Source: Utricularia gibba
Taxonomy: Eukaryota > Plantae > Magnoliophyta
NCBI GenBank assembly: GCA_002189035.1
Contig: NEEC01000008.1
Span: 124,001 to 188,000, forward strand
Direction: 5' to 3'
DNA: 64,000 nt
Shown here: positions 26,255-38,537 of the stretch, one piece after another
Layout: the number at the start of each line of letters is the position of its first letter
How positions within the stretch are numbered: position 1 is the stretch's first letter
Notes under the pieces: model-generated
Seen by the model: the letters and a program-made list of their open reading frames with translations, nothing else
Database searches by the model: none
Told to the model about the DNA's origin: nothing
Program-made: the position numbers and the translations under genes

Positions 26255-28475
26255 ATCATGTTAACGTATAACTGCAAGTGGTTAATGGAAGACAAAATGT
26301 GCGGAGCATCTTTTATCAATGTGAGCAATGTGCATTAAAGGTTGTGATTTTTCTAGCTACAATTGCAGTATCTACAACACGTAAGGTGATTCCTGTTCAG
26401 TCCACCTATTTTTTTCAAGTATCTCCTGTTGAAGTAAAAGGAATAGATAAATCATCATAAATATGGTTAAGGATTTGATTGTGAGCTGTTCCTCATTTCT
26501 AACAGAGAAGGACATGGTAAATACCAGGTATGCACCACATGAAGAAAATGAATTCCAAGCATCACAGTGGTAAACTCAGTCTACAGTGTATCATTGATGC
26601 CGCAGAGGTTTCATTATTAGACAGTGTATCCGAGAAAAATGTGCAAATTGTATTTGCGCAGACAGTGTTTACCTGATCTCAAACGAAAGTTGTGAAGTTT
26701 TTCCGCATGGCAATGATTGCAGTGACCCTTAGAATTTTGGCAGCAGAGCATGAAGCTAGTCACACATTTGAGAATTTTCATGCAAGCTTTTCATCTGCAC
26801 GTGCTTGTAATTTTCTGCAAGCTCACACATGCCCGGGTAAACTGTGCCAAAACATTACATGGCATTACCAGGCTGAGTAATGAGACAGATAGTAGGCTGA
26901 TGATGACTTAGCCTCAGACAGCAGAAATTCATATTTCCTTCTCATCCCCACACAGCGGGGTATCGTTATCAAGAAGTTTGTTTTGGAGTGCTTGCTGTGT
27001 TTAACTGATTTTGAATTTTGAATAGCATCTTCACCCATGTCTATTATGGAATGTTTTTTTCCCATAAGCTGGAAAATAGAATCATGCAAGTTTACCCCCT
27101 CAATCAGTAGGCAGTGCCGTGCCATTATATTTTCTGGTCCAAGGCCTGCTGGCTGGGCTCATTCATTTGTATAGAATGGAGTTACTGACCTCTCAGTCTG
27201 GGGACCCCCCTTAGGGTCCACTATGCAGAAAGACAGAGGGCAACGTTTCTTACTTATCAGCTGATAGAGTTCAAAAAGCAGTTTTTTTTTTTTTCTTTTT
27301 TGTTGCAGGGAAAAGGCAAATTGATTCGAGTCCATATTTCTAAATCACCCGATTAAGATCAGGAAAAAAGGCTGAGTAATGGTTGAGCAGCGTTGCGAGT
27401 GAAGCGGACTATGAGATTGATTGGTGTCAAGGTGGACCGGACCGGACCGGAGTCGGACCGTGCTGATTGGTTGGGGGGTGGCTGTCTTCGAAGGTGAAGC
27501 TCTGATTTGGTGGCCCGCCCCTCTTTGCCAACTCAACTTAACCCAACTCTAAAAAGGCATCCCATCCCATCCCATCCAACTCCCACTCTGACACTCCTCG
27601 CCACATGAAGCCAGGACCTCTGCTTTCCACTCGGTCCCCATCACAGCGAATAAAAAACCGGACTAACATGTCCGACCGGTTCGCCTCGTCTACGGGATGT
27701 CTGGGTTCCACCGACGGTTGGTTTAAACCGGCATGCAATATTCAAAAGCCACCAACAGCAAACAGCAAACAGCAAACAGCAAAGAAAAACGAAACACAAG
27801 AAAGGCAGATGGCCGCATCTCCTCTTCTTATTTTATGCATATTAACACTGACAGCGTAATACTTCATTCTTACAACACGCGTCTTTTTTTTTCATGCCCG
27901 GTCTAGTGTGGGAAGGAAGAAGAAGAAGAAGAAGAGCATGATCCTTGACTATGTCGTCAATATGGCTGGCTCCCATTGGACAGTAGCTTCGCAAACGCAA
28001 AGGAGAAATGGAGGAGCGAAACACGAGGTCTCCCATGCCCCCTGTCTCTTGTCCTGATTATGTATAAAATCACTTTTTCATTACAAAATCCTGAGACGGA
28101 AGCCCACCTTCTGCTTTATTGCATGCATTGCATTTCATGCACTCTATCTTTCCCTCTTTTTCTTCTTCCTCTGGTCCACGACCTCGAAAATTTACTTGCT
28201 TGAATCGTTTTCTTGAGCTCTGCATCAGTTTACAGAGTGTAGGTTACCGGGTGTTGGTTGGTTCGCCATTATTGCTTCTTTGTATCCTAACTGTTTTGTG
28301 AGCCTTTTTTAGCTCCAAATAGACCCTAGACCTAAGTGTTCTCTGCTCTACTTCTGCATCCCCTTCTTCGTTTAAATCATTTATTTTGCTACCTTCGCCT
28401 TCTGCTATAAAGATCAAGCAGAGCACTCTGGATCCTTAACTGTTAACTAGATTTTTCAAAACTGGGATTCTCGAG

Positions 28476-29912
28476 ATGAAGAGGCTCAGGCGTCTGAGCA
28501 TTTCCATTTTTGTTCTGTGTCTCATTGGCTTGTGTGGGTCATGCGCTGCTGAAGATGAAGAACCTCCTTCTTCTTCTCCCATGATGGAAACAGAGAAAGC
28601 AGCATTGTTTGCTGCTCTACGGAGCTTTGTGGGAAAATGGTGGAATGGCTCCGATCTTTATCCGGATCCTTGTGGGTGGACTCCTATTCAGGTAAGGGCT
28701 TTATTTTGCTATATTTCAAGTTGAGGTTTTGTGTTTGATGTTTTCTTCGAACAGGGGATTTCCTGCGATTTATACGATGGGTACTGGTACGTTACTGAGG
28801 TCAGTATCGGGCCTGTGCATGATAACTCGCTGGCTTGTGATAAGAATGTCGAGTTTGCTTCGCATTTGTTTGCGTTACGCCGTTTGAAGTCGTTATCGTT
28901 CTTCAACTGCTTCGTGAATCATCCGGTCAAGCTTCCGACTAAGGAATGGGAGATCATGTCGGCAAGTTTAGAGTCATTGGAGTTCCGGTCGAATCCGGGG
29001 CTCATCGGAGAAATTCCACCGGTTTTTGAAGCTATGAAGAATCTCAAGTCTTTGGTTTTAATGGCGAATGGGCTTACAGGTGAAATACCGAAAAATCTTG
29101 GGAACTTGACCAATTTGAAACGGCTGAATCTTGCTGGGAACTCGTTTACAGGCAGCATTCCAGCCACTTTAGGTCAGATGAAACAGCTTCTGATTCTTGA
29201 CATCAGCAGAAATTCACTCTCCCGCGAACTACCGCCGTCTTTGGGAGAAGCCATCTCTCTGCTTAAACTCGATCTAAGCAACAACCAGTTAACGGGAACC
29301 ATCCCTGAACAGATCGGTAATCTGAAAAACTTAACACTTTTGGATCTCAGCAACAACAGATTTTCCGGTGGGTTACCAGAATCGATTCAGGAAATGATCT
29401 CCTTGCAAGAACTATCCCTCGCCAACAACCCCATTTCAGGAAACATCATGAATATACAATTCCAGAAGGTCGCAACCCTAGCCGCCATGGATTTCTCAAA
29501 CATGAGCTTAACCGGGGGAATCCCAGACTCCATAGCCCAGCTCAAATCACTGAGATTCTTAGGGCTTCAGAACAACAACCTAGTCGGAGAAATCCCACAA
29601 CAGCTCGGAGCGTTATCAAACATCAGCGCGATCTATCTACAGAGCAATAACCTGACAGGGGAGCTGAAATTCCCCCAACTCTTTTACACCAAATTAGGTC
29701 GCCGTTTCGGCGCTTGGGGAAACCCAAACCTCTGCTTCCCATCTGGGAACACCGTACCACCTCCATACGGCGTGGGACAATGCACTCAAAACATCATCAA
29801 ATACGAGATGAGGTCGAACCGCCATCACAGCTCAGATTCAGTACCATCCGAAGGTGGGATCAGTAGTTGGATTTGTACAGTTTTGATCATCGCGGTTGTG
29901 CAAATGATGTAG
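28476..29912 (+). CDS. LRR receptor-like protein, PII-2/RLP29/TMM-related (about 457 aa, 2 exons: 28476-28691, 28755-29912)
   Basis: Signal peptide, family motif DLYPDPCGWTPIQ|GISCD, about 10 extracellular LRRs (LxxLxLxxNxLxGxIP), GNPNLC cap, hydrophobic C-terminus and no kinase domain. 63-nt GT-AG intron in phase 0. TATAAAA near 28043. Confidence 0.92.
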
Positions 29913-30868
29913 AGGGTAGCCGCAGAAGCAGCGTACTGTACAGACAGCAGCATGGGGAGGTAGGTGTGTACTGTAGCTGTCTGGATAGAAGAAGACTTAT
30001 TCTAACATCAAATGTGTATTTATTTCGCGATGGAAGAGAGTTGCAGGGAGCGAGGCGTTGGAAGAGACGCCTTATCCTTCCTTTCTTCCCTCTGCCAACC
30101 GAGATTTTGCTTTCTCCCACTGCGGAGTTAATCCAGCAGTGAGTTTTCCTTTTACCCTCAGCTCGTGCTGGCCTGGTCTGGCCTCTCTGTAATCGATCGA
30201 TCACATCCCCCTCCCCCATTTAATTATAACCCCGAGGTTAGCCATGGTAATTAATTCCTGAGTTTCAATTAGGGCTGGCTCCCACGTGTTGTGCTATGTT
30301 TGGCCCAATTTTAAGCCAGCCCAGCCCAGCCCATCCATGTTGGGCTCTAGCCCTTGGAAGAAAACCCAAATTTTGAGAAAAATAGAGTAAACATTTTTTT
30401 ATTCCTACACAATTTTCCGGAGGAGAAACCTTGAGTCATGACGAAAGGATCTCTCTCCCTCTCGTGCGTGTGTGTTTCCTTTTGTTTTGTTCACGCCACG
30501 CGAGAATAATCTTTTTCCTGAAAAGAAGAGAATATTTTGGTCACTTCCCAAAACCTTCTGGGAAGGCAAATCATGTCAACCATAAAAGTTGGGTGGGTGA
30601 CGACTATTCACACTTCACTCCAGGATCGGTTTCGGGAGCGCATCACCTTTTGCTTTACAGATCTTTTAGAAATTCTGCTATCCAAAACCTTTAGAAAATT
30701 GAGGCAAAGGGGCCATGTATTTGAACTAAAGACTTTCCCATATCATCATCGATCACTTGCCCATTGCTTCTTGTGCTGTGCTTTCCAGTTTGAGTTGGGT
30801 TCCGACTACACAGACACTTGCTGCATAGAACGTGTGCTCTGTCTTACCCGTCCTTGGTTTTTTCATTA

Positions 30869-33393
30869 ATGGGACCAGTGAAAATTGAAGCTTTGCGCCT
30901 TTGTTTTTGGATATGCATCTTCTGGAGTTTTTGTTTCACATCTGGATTACTTACTCCTGATGGTGTCAATTTCGAAGGTTAGTTTACTGAATACCTTCTT
31001 TTTCTTGTACCTCAACAACATCAGTTTCTTACATTTGTGTTTGATGGTGCAGTTCAAGCTTTAATGGATATAAAGAAATCACTGAATGATCCTTCTGGAG
31101 TTCTCAACTGGGATGAAAATGCTGTTGATCCCTGTGGCTGGACATTGGTTACCTGCTCTCATGAGAACCTTGTTACCACTCTGTGAGCCGTCTCTTCTCT
31201 GCTGTCTCTTCCACAGTTTCGATTCCTCTCTTTAGTGAAGGAAGTGAGTTTGCAGAGCAATGGGAAGGCTAAACTTATCAGGAACAATATCTGCAAGTGT
31301 TGGGAAGTTGACTCATCTAACAAGTCTGTAAGTAGGCACACCTTCAACTGCGATGGTGTTCGTTCTGATGGCGATGAACCTCGATTTCTCTTCTTTCCGC
31401 AGTCAGTTACAGGAAAATAACATATCAGGAACAATTCCTATTGAGGTGGGGAATCTCCCAAAACTTGAAGAACTTGATTTATCGAACAATTCACTCACAG
31501 GAGACGTACCATCTTCTTTAGCACGACTTGAAAACCTTCAGTATCTGTAAGAACAGCAGCCCTTTTACCCCATTTTGTTACTCAGTAGGATATTCATACT
31601 GTCCGTTTTCCAGGAGGTTGAATTGCAATCGTCTCACAGGAGTAGTTCCCATGGCTTTTGCCAACTTGACTCGCCTTAGTTTCATGTAAGATTCATGCCC
31701 GTTCTTGTTTTTTAGCCATTCGTTGATGTGTAGAAATTAGATTCAGAGACTGATGATGTAACAGAGACTTGTCATTCAACAATTTGAGTGGCCCAATCCC
31801 AAGAATCCAAGCCAAAAGAGTCAAGTACTCGCCTGAAACTTGAAATTTTATACCTGTTGTTGATGGTAGATGATTTCTTCATGCTTTTCTGGGTGTAATT
31901 CCAGTATCCTGGGAAATTCGATGATATGTTCAACTAATGAAGAAGCGGGATGCAGTGAAACGGCAACACCTCTACCTCTACCATTTTCCCAAAACAGTTC
32001 TCAGAGTAAGAAATTCTCCATGTTCATCAAAGCTTCGTTGCAATAACACTAAATAGTATGTGAATCTCTTTCCCGTAATCCGAAGATCTCCAGACATCGA
32101 GTCGGCAAACAAGTCACGGTGTTACTCTGGCCTTGGCCTTAGGCTCAGCCGTTGGCTGTATCTGCTTGTTGGTCGTTGGACTTGTTGTCCTTTGGAGGCA
32201 TAACCATAAGAAGCAGATTTTCTGGGATATCAATGGTGTGCAACGTTGAACCGCATGCAAATTATACTGCTTTCTGCGACTAACGAATGCCTACTGCCTT
32301 TTCAGAGCAACAGCATGATGAAGTATGCTTAGGAAACTTGAGGCGCTTCCCATTCCGGGAGCTGCGTATCGCAACGAACAACTTCAGCAGCAAGAACTTT
32401 CTTGGAAGGGGTGGATTTGGAAACGTGTACAAAGGTTGCCTTCAAGATGGAACAGTTGTAGCAGTGAAAAGACTCAAAGATAGGAACATCAGTGGAGGAG
32501 AATACCAGTTTCAGACCGAGGTCGAGATGATCAGCCTCGCCGTTCATCGGAATCTCCTTCGACTCTACGGCTTCTGCGTATCCTCCACTGAGAGGCTTCT
32601 CGTCTATCCCTACATGTCAAATGGCAGCGTAGCCGCCCGTCTAAAAGGTAACAGAAACCGGCAAGTTACATCACACATTACCAGAGCTCATTCATTTCTG
32701 TTTGTGACGACAGCTAAACCATCATTGGATTGGGGAACGAGGAAAAGAATAGCACTTGGAGCCGCTAGAGGATTGGTTTATCTACACGAGCAATGTGACC
32801 CAAAGATAATTCACAGAGATGTGAAGGCAGCAAATATACTCCTAGATGATTACTGTGAAGCAGTTGTTGGAGATTTCGGACTGGCGAAGCTACTTGATCG
32901 CCATGACTCACATGTTACAACTGCTGTTCGTGGAACAATCGGCCACATAGCTCCAGAGTATCTATCAACGGGGCAATCTTCAGAGAAAACAGATGTTTTC
33001 GGATTCGGGATTCTGTTGCTTGAGCTGATTACCGGAATGAGAGCTTTAGAATTTGGGAAAGCTAGTGGCATTCTGAAGGGCGGAATGCTTGATTGGGTAA
33101 GAAAGATTCATGAAGAGAAGAAGATGGAGCTTCTTGTGGACAAAGATTTGAAAAACAACTACGATGTCCTGGAGGTGGAGGAGACGGTAAAAGTTGCCTT
33201 GTTGTGCACACAGTACACGCCGAGTCACAGACCGAAGATGTCCGAAGTTGTAAGACTGCTGGAAGGAGACGGGGTTGCCGAGAAATGGGAAGACGCAGAG
33301 AGGAAGGAGGGGGATAAGTCCAGTGACGGATACGGCGACGGGGGCGAGTCTTGGCTGGTGGTTCAGGACATGGAACTCTCAGGCCCACGTTGA
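30869..33393 (+). CDS. NIK: LRR-II receptor-like kinase, NSP-interacting kinase (NIK1/2-like), 619 aa, 10 exons
   Basis: Exons 30869-30977, 31053-31182, 31256-31327, 31403-31546, 31614-31685, 31765-31824, 31905-32005, 32086-32235, 32306-32647 and 32714-33393 sum to 1860 nt with all phases consistent. Motifs [25 protein letters not shown] segment, intact kinase ([21 protein letters not shown]) and C-terminal MELSGPR. Confidence 0.95.
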
Positions 33394-33889
33394 GTGGGCG
33401 GGGCCTTCTGAATGTGAATATGTAGTGAAAATCCATATGAAATTTACCCCACGCCCAAATACATTATTGGAATTAGTAATTTTACATTCTTTTTTCTTTT
33501 CCGAAAAGAAAATGTATTATGGATAAATGCGTTCATAATAAATATTTTTTTTCAAAATACGATGTTTTTAAAAATACATTTTATTATTTGTATATAAAGT
33601 GTATAGATTCATTGAATTTCTAATTTATTATAAATTACTATGGATGGGAACGACGTTGTGCGGGCTGGCTACCTCCACAAAATACCCGTGTCATCTGATT
33701 ATTCTACTAATAAAATTTATTTGTTTTTATTCAATTTTTTATTTTTCATCATTTAATAACATTATAGTTTTATCAAAAATAGTTTATTAATATTATTTAA
33801 GTATTGCAAAATCTACTTATTAGAATAATAAAATGTGATACATTGTTTTGAAATTTGTTTTTCATGTATTAATAGTATTATTATTGATG

Positions 33890-35642
33890 GAGCAGGAAAT
33901 CGATTAGTGCCACATGGAGGTGAGTAAAGTAGATACCTATGAATCGATGGACAAGGGATAACAAAAACCATTCATATCGGTTAGAATCGAGTGGGAATAT
34001 ATCTCGAATATGCTTTGACTGCCTGTCATAGATGGACAGACCGATAGGTGTTAGAATTGGGCTGCATCGACTGTTTTGGCAGTTTTAAAATTAATCGAAT
34101 TATAGAAGTGTCACAGCAGTCGACGGTTATTTGTCGACAGAACCACAGTACAGTTGTGATAAACAAAAAATTTACACATCGTTAAAATGTAAATCTTCTT
34201 ATCAAATAAAATTTATAACCTAACACACATTCAGACATAATACAATTATGAGCATAGTGTTTAAGGTCGAATACGAAGAGCAGGTGCTTGTCATGTGATC
34301 ATCAATGCATGCAATCAATGTCACGTTGATAGATTTGGTCGTAACTAGAACTAAGGTAGAATTGCGATAAAATACAGTAAAGAAAATTAACAAACTTATG
34401 AACTCGATTGTTCTGAAATGAAATGGGTGATGCCTAGAGACTCCTAGGGGATGTATGCATATCACTAAACACATTCACACAAACCATAAATCAAACACTT
34501 AACACACAAAGTCTAGGTCTACCCGAACTCTTGTTTTCCCCCTAATCTTTGGTCTACCTCAAATTAGGGTTGTTAAGATGGGTTTCACTACTCTCCCCTC
34601 CTAGATTTATCCTGGTTTGTTAAGGAAGTGGCGTGACTTATAGTTGATTAGGTCTAAAGATTGATTATCACATTTCTCTCTCTTTCACCCCAAATCACCC
34701 CCCAAGTACTTAACCAATCATGCTTAAGTCAAATGAAAATGAAAAAAAAAAGCATCATCCACAATTTACTCATTTCACGGTCGATTACTATAAAATAAAC
34801 AAGCAAGGAATTTAAAAGGTTTAACAGAAAACTAGAAATGTCGTTAGCTATTCTTAGCTAAAAGTAATAATCTTTGGAAATAGAAAATAGTCTTCAAACA
34901 TCAGCTTCGTTCCTGGTTCGTCTTCTTCCTTCTTCTCCCCAAAAAACCTTTTCTAGAAAGAATGTCGTGTGTCTCCAATGGGGGAGATATTTTTCTCTCT
35001 ATCTTGTCCCCCTTTTTTGTCGAAAATCCCACTTTTTTTTCCTTGGATTTTGTATGTACTTCTTTTCAAACTTTTTGCCTCATCCTCTGCCACTACACTG
35101 TTCGTATCCGGCTCCTTGGGATTTGTATTGCCGACATGTGCTACATTGCTAAAAGAAAACTATTAGGAGTATCGTAGATTTAGTCTCAACTAAGACTAAA
35201 ATAACACAACTACGGTACTATTCACAAAAACATAGAAATAGACAATAAAACTTAATTTTTATAGTACAATATGAGTAATTTCCATGTACTCAATCACTCA
35301 AAAATATATGTTATCAAGCTGTTAGGTACAGAAAGTAGCTGACACTTGCAAAACTCAGGGGAATCGGCTCTCCTTATAAGTATAAGGAAGTTTGAAGAAA
35401 AAAGAGTTGAACTCTCTACATTTGAACTCGTATTCATCTCTTCTCCTCCGTTAGTGAGCTCCAGCAGCTCTGTTATTTTTCCTCTCATGGCAGTTTTTAC
35501 GTAAAAATTCTGATCTCATATTACTGTTTTTGTTCAAATAGCAACCATAAAACCCCACTAACCTTAAATCGAACTTGAACAACTCAGTCCCATTGTTCAG
35601 AAATCGGCCCCCCTTTCATAAAACCGATTTCCGACCGCAACA
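33890..35642 (+). mobile_element. Family-D LTR remnant split by a nested family-B solo LTR
   Basis: 34040-34156 and 35317-35642 match family D (CTCTCCTTATAAGTATAAG..GTTGAACTCTCTA..GTTTTTACGTAAAAATT; end AAACCGATTTCCGACCGCAACA). 5' end and TSD uncertain. Confidence 0.7.
34157..35316 (-). mobile_element. Athila-type solo LTR (family B), 1160 bp
   Basis: TGATAAAC...GTTATCA termini and TSD AGTTG / AGCTG. Homologous to 7215-7908 and 58374-58946. Confidence 0.85.
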
Positions 35643-36309
35643 AGTAATAGTAAAGGGTGGCATAAATTATTATAGTATCTTTATTTACAAAATTTGGTTA
35701 CTTAACAAAAATTTATTATAAGAGAAAAATGAGTATTTTACTCCTATTTCGCATTGAGATTGAACTTGTGTTTCATTTTGAGAGAGAAATAACAATTTAA
35801 TTTAAGAAAAAATGAATTTAAGTAAGAATAGAATTGAAAATCATAAATAGTTTATTTTTACATTTAAAGTCTATTTAATATAAAATCAAAAATACTTTTA
35901 GTGTAACAAAAAATAAAAATAAGCTGTGTTATTTAGGTAGATAGTTTTATTTTCAAAAAATAAAAATATATTCAAAACTTTTCTACAAATAGAATAATTT
36001 AGTAATTTAAAAAATATAAATTGAAATAAAAAAAATATATTATATATGCATCATACAATACTGATGTTATATATGAAGAAATTATATTTTTAAAATTTTT
36101 AATTAAAAGAAATACATACTTAAAATCAAAATATGATATAGAAAAAATATTCTTTTTTGTTTTTTATAAACAAATATATATATTATTTAAAATTGATATA
36201 AATTTATTAGTTCAACATCAATAAAATAAAAAACAATTAAAACACTAGCGAGCGCGTTTTAATAATAATAAGGAATGACTTTGTGGATCATGAAAATGAA
36301 AAGAGACTA

Positions 36310-36690
36310 TATTTTTTCGTCGTAAATCGGTATCGCGATAGGAAACGATTTTGGGTTTCGCAAACAGAACTAAACTGCTTGAATCCAATTTAAAAGTTGT
36401 GGGCTTAAGATGTGTTGTGTGAGTGCAAGAAGTAAAAATAGATAAGGATTTTTTCGTGAAAACCGTTAGAGTGAAAAAACCACGGAACTGTTGAAGTTCA
36501 CCGACAAATATACAAGTAAAAATATAGAGAGTTCAACATTATTTCTATCAAACTTATTTTTATTTATAGGTGGAGTCAATCCTATCGATTGCTCTGTTAT
36601 TTATGTAATTCAGTTACTTTTCAAACTTTATCATAAACGTCCATCGTTACCTAGTTCTAACCCCTATTGGCCTGTTGACCTGTTTTAGAT
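36310..36690 (-). mobile_element. Partial family-D LTR
   Basis: Reverse complement carries CCTATAAATA..GTTGAACTCTCTA..TCCGTGGTTTTTT..ACGGTTTTCACGAAAAAATCC and the family end motif AAAATCG..GATACCGATTT. Confidence 0.7.
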
Positions 36691-37668
36691 GGTTAGAATC
36701 ATTTGAATTCTTTTTCGAGTTGATTTCATTCTCACATGACACATATCGATTTAGTGATACATCACTATATATTCTCATATATGATAAATGTTTAAAATTG
36801 AGTTTTGATCTACTTGGAAATTGGTAGATAGATGATTGGTATCTTGTATTATTTTCAATTCATTAAATTTTTAAAATATATTTGTAATATAAATTTAAAA
36901 TTATGTATTTCGTGAAAAAAAAATAACTTTAAGTTTTTTAGAATTTGAGAATAAAATTAATATTTTGTATTATTGATGAAATATAGGTATATAATTTTTA
37001 AAATTGCTGTTAAAATTGAGGTATTTTGTGAATATATATTTATCAGTTAAGTATATGACAAATAATTTGACAAATTGGTATGACACAAGTAAATTGGTGA
37101 TGGGGCCCAGGGTTTTTCCCCATTTCCTATTTGCCATTGGGATGAGGACATCTTCTCCTGCTCATAGGCCTTAATGGCTACCCAAGCCTGAGCATACAGT
37201 TGGATCCCGAGTTGCCTCATTCAATTGAAATTGACTGATCTTTTGTTGTTTCAGGCGCTCTTTTTTTGACTCTTGTAAATCTTCGGATTTCACGCTGCGC
37301 CCCCCACTAATCAAATAATACACACCCCATGGAAAGCTGATGAGCGACCCGACACGGAGGATTTGAGCTTTCCCTGCTGTAAAAAAGGGCAGGGGTTTAT
37401 TGTATTGTTCTCCATCTGGAGTGCGATAGTTGCCCCTTCAGGGACAGCGGGCCGCCTTTCTTCTGCACCCGCAGCTTTACAGTCACTAGCTTGGCAGCAC
37501 AGATGAATCAATCAACGGCAGCTTTCAAGCACCATAGGTGAGGTGAGATGTCGCTGGACACATGCCGGATTCACTCTGTGTTGTTTGTTACAGTCGACGT
37601 AAATCCTTCCAATTGTCTTGCTTTGAAGAGCGAGGGAGGAAAACGATATCCTTTGGCTTCTTTTCCAG

Positions 37669-38007
37669 ATGGATTCCTCAAAACTCCTTCAAGAGATTGA
37701 GGAATGCAGCAGCAATGAATCAGGGTGGACAATGTACATTGCTTCACCATATCAGGATGATGATGAGGATGAATCCATCATTCTTGATGATGATGAGCTG
37801 GAGGAGGATGAAGACGAAGTGGTAGAAGAGTTTGGAGGGCACGAAGAGAACGAGGAGAGTGATGATTCAATGGCTTCTGATGCATCTTCTGGTCCAAGTT
37901 ATCAGCAACAGCATCATGGGGTTTTGAGGATGTATCACAAGCGACAGAAGCATAATGCTGCTGCTGCGATTGACGAAGAAGAAGAAGAAGAAGAAGCCAA
38001 AAAATGA
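37669..38007 (+). CDS. SOFL: SOB FIVE-LIKE family protein (112 aa)
   Basis: Both family motifs present: [13 protein letters not shown] (SOFL-A) and [12 protein letters not shown] (SOFL-B), with an acidic linker. A further 3' exon cannot be excluded. Confidence 0.85.
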   Translation: MDSSKLLQEIEECSSNESGWTMYIASPYQDDDEDESIILDDDELEEDEDEVVEEFGGHEENEESDDSMASDASSGPSYQQQHHGVLRMYHKRQKHNAAAAIDEEEEEEEAKK

Positions 38008-38537
38008 TCTTCATGTTTTTTTATCTGCTTTTCACGTGTCGTTTCTGCAGCATTTCTTTTCTGATTTTGGCAGTTGAGAGAATTTTGGTTTGTTCATAAT
38101 CTTCTTGTTCAGCAAAACCTTGTTCCACACGGTGCATGCCTCAACCGTTGTCTGAATTTTATCTTTCTCTTGTAATTCAACCTGAACGTACTTTCTAAAC
38201 CAGATAAGTGGGCCTACAACAATGCAGAATACTTGGACGGAATGCCGAAGGGTAGGCCCAAAACGGACGGCCCATTTACGAAGCGAGAGAAGCCCCTCTC
38301 AAGCCGCCGTACGGGCCGCGGCAAGTTTCATCATCTCCGATGATTCGTTCCCCTTTCGCCGCTTCAGATTTGACGGAAGATTCCACTGCCTCAGTTGATG
38401 TGCCTCGCCGCCTTAGGGCCGATGCATCAACAAATGCAAACCCTGAGGCGGTAATCCTACGGAAGCACGGCAATAATCCCCAAAAGGGGCAGTGGATTTG
38501 GTCCTTTTGACCGGAGTTTCTCTTATGGAATGACTTG

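Larger units (their letters stand above)
14920..27350 (+). other. Putative unidentified spliced host gene or pseudogene interrupted by the MULE
   Basis: Non-TE sequence on both sides of the MULE TSD. Candidate exons 15403-15475, 26369-26380 and 26506-26527 join in frame. Strong polypyrimidine acceptor ends at 27308. Product not recognised. Confidence 0.3.

Noticed and set aside
26587-26733. Cys-rich frame YH*CRRG..CIREKCANCIC with an in-frame TGA
   Set aside because: No start or splice support; angiosperms lack selenocysteine insertion; likely an off-frame reading.
26898-27008. Second C/D snoRNA-like pair (ATGATGA...CTGA)
   Set aside because: No terminal stem; the apparent guide does not match rRNA sequence I can recall.
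27195-27295. Small hairpins, the TATCAGCTGATA palindrome and a poly-T run suggesting a Pol III RNA, U2 or telomerase RNA
   Set aside because: No USE/TATA promoter and no full template or U2 sequence; the T run is better explained as a polypyrimidine tract before an acceptor.
32287-33393. 368-aa ORF as a stand-alone kinase
   Set aside because: It is exons 9-10 of the NIK gene plus intronic sequence.
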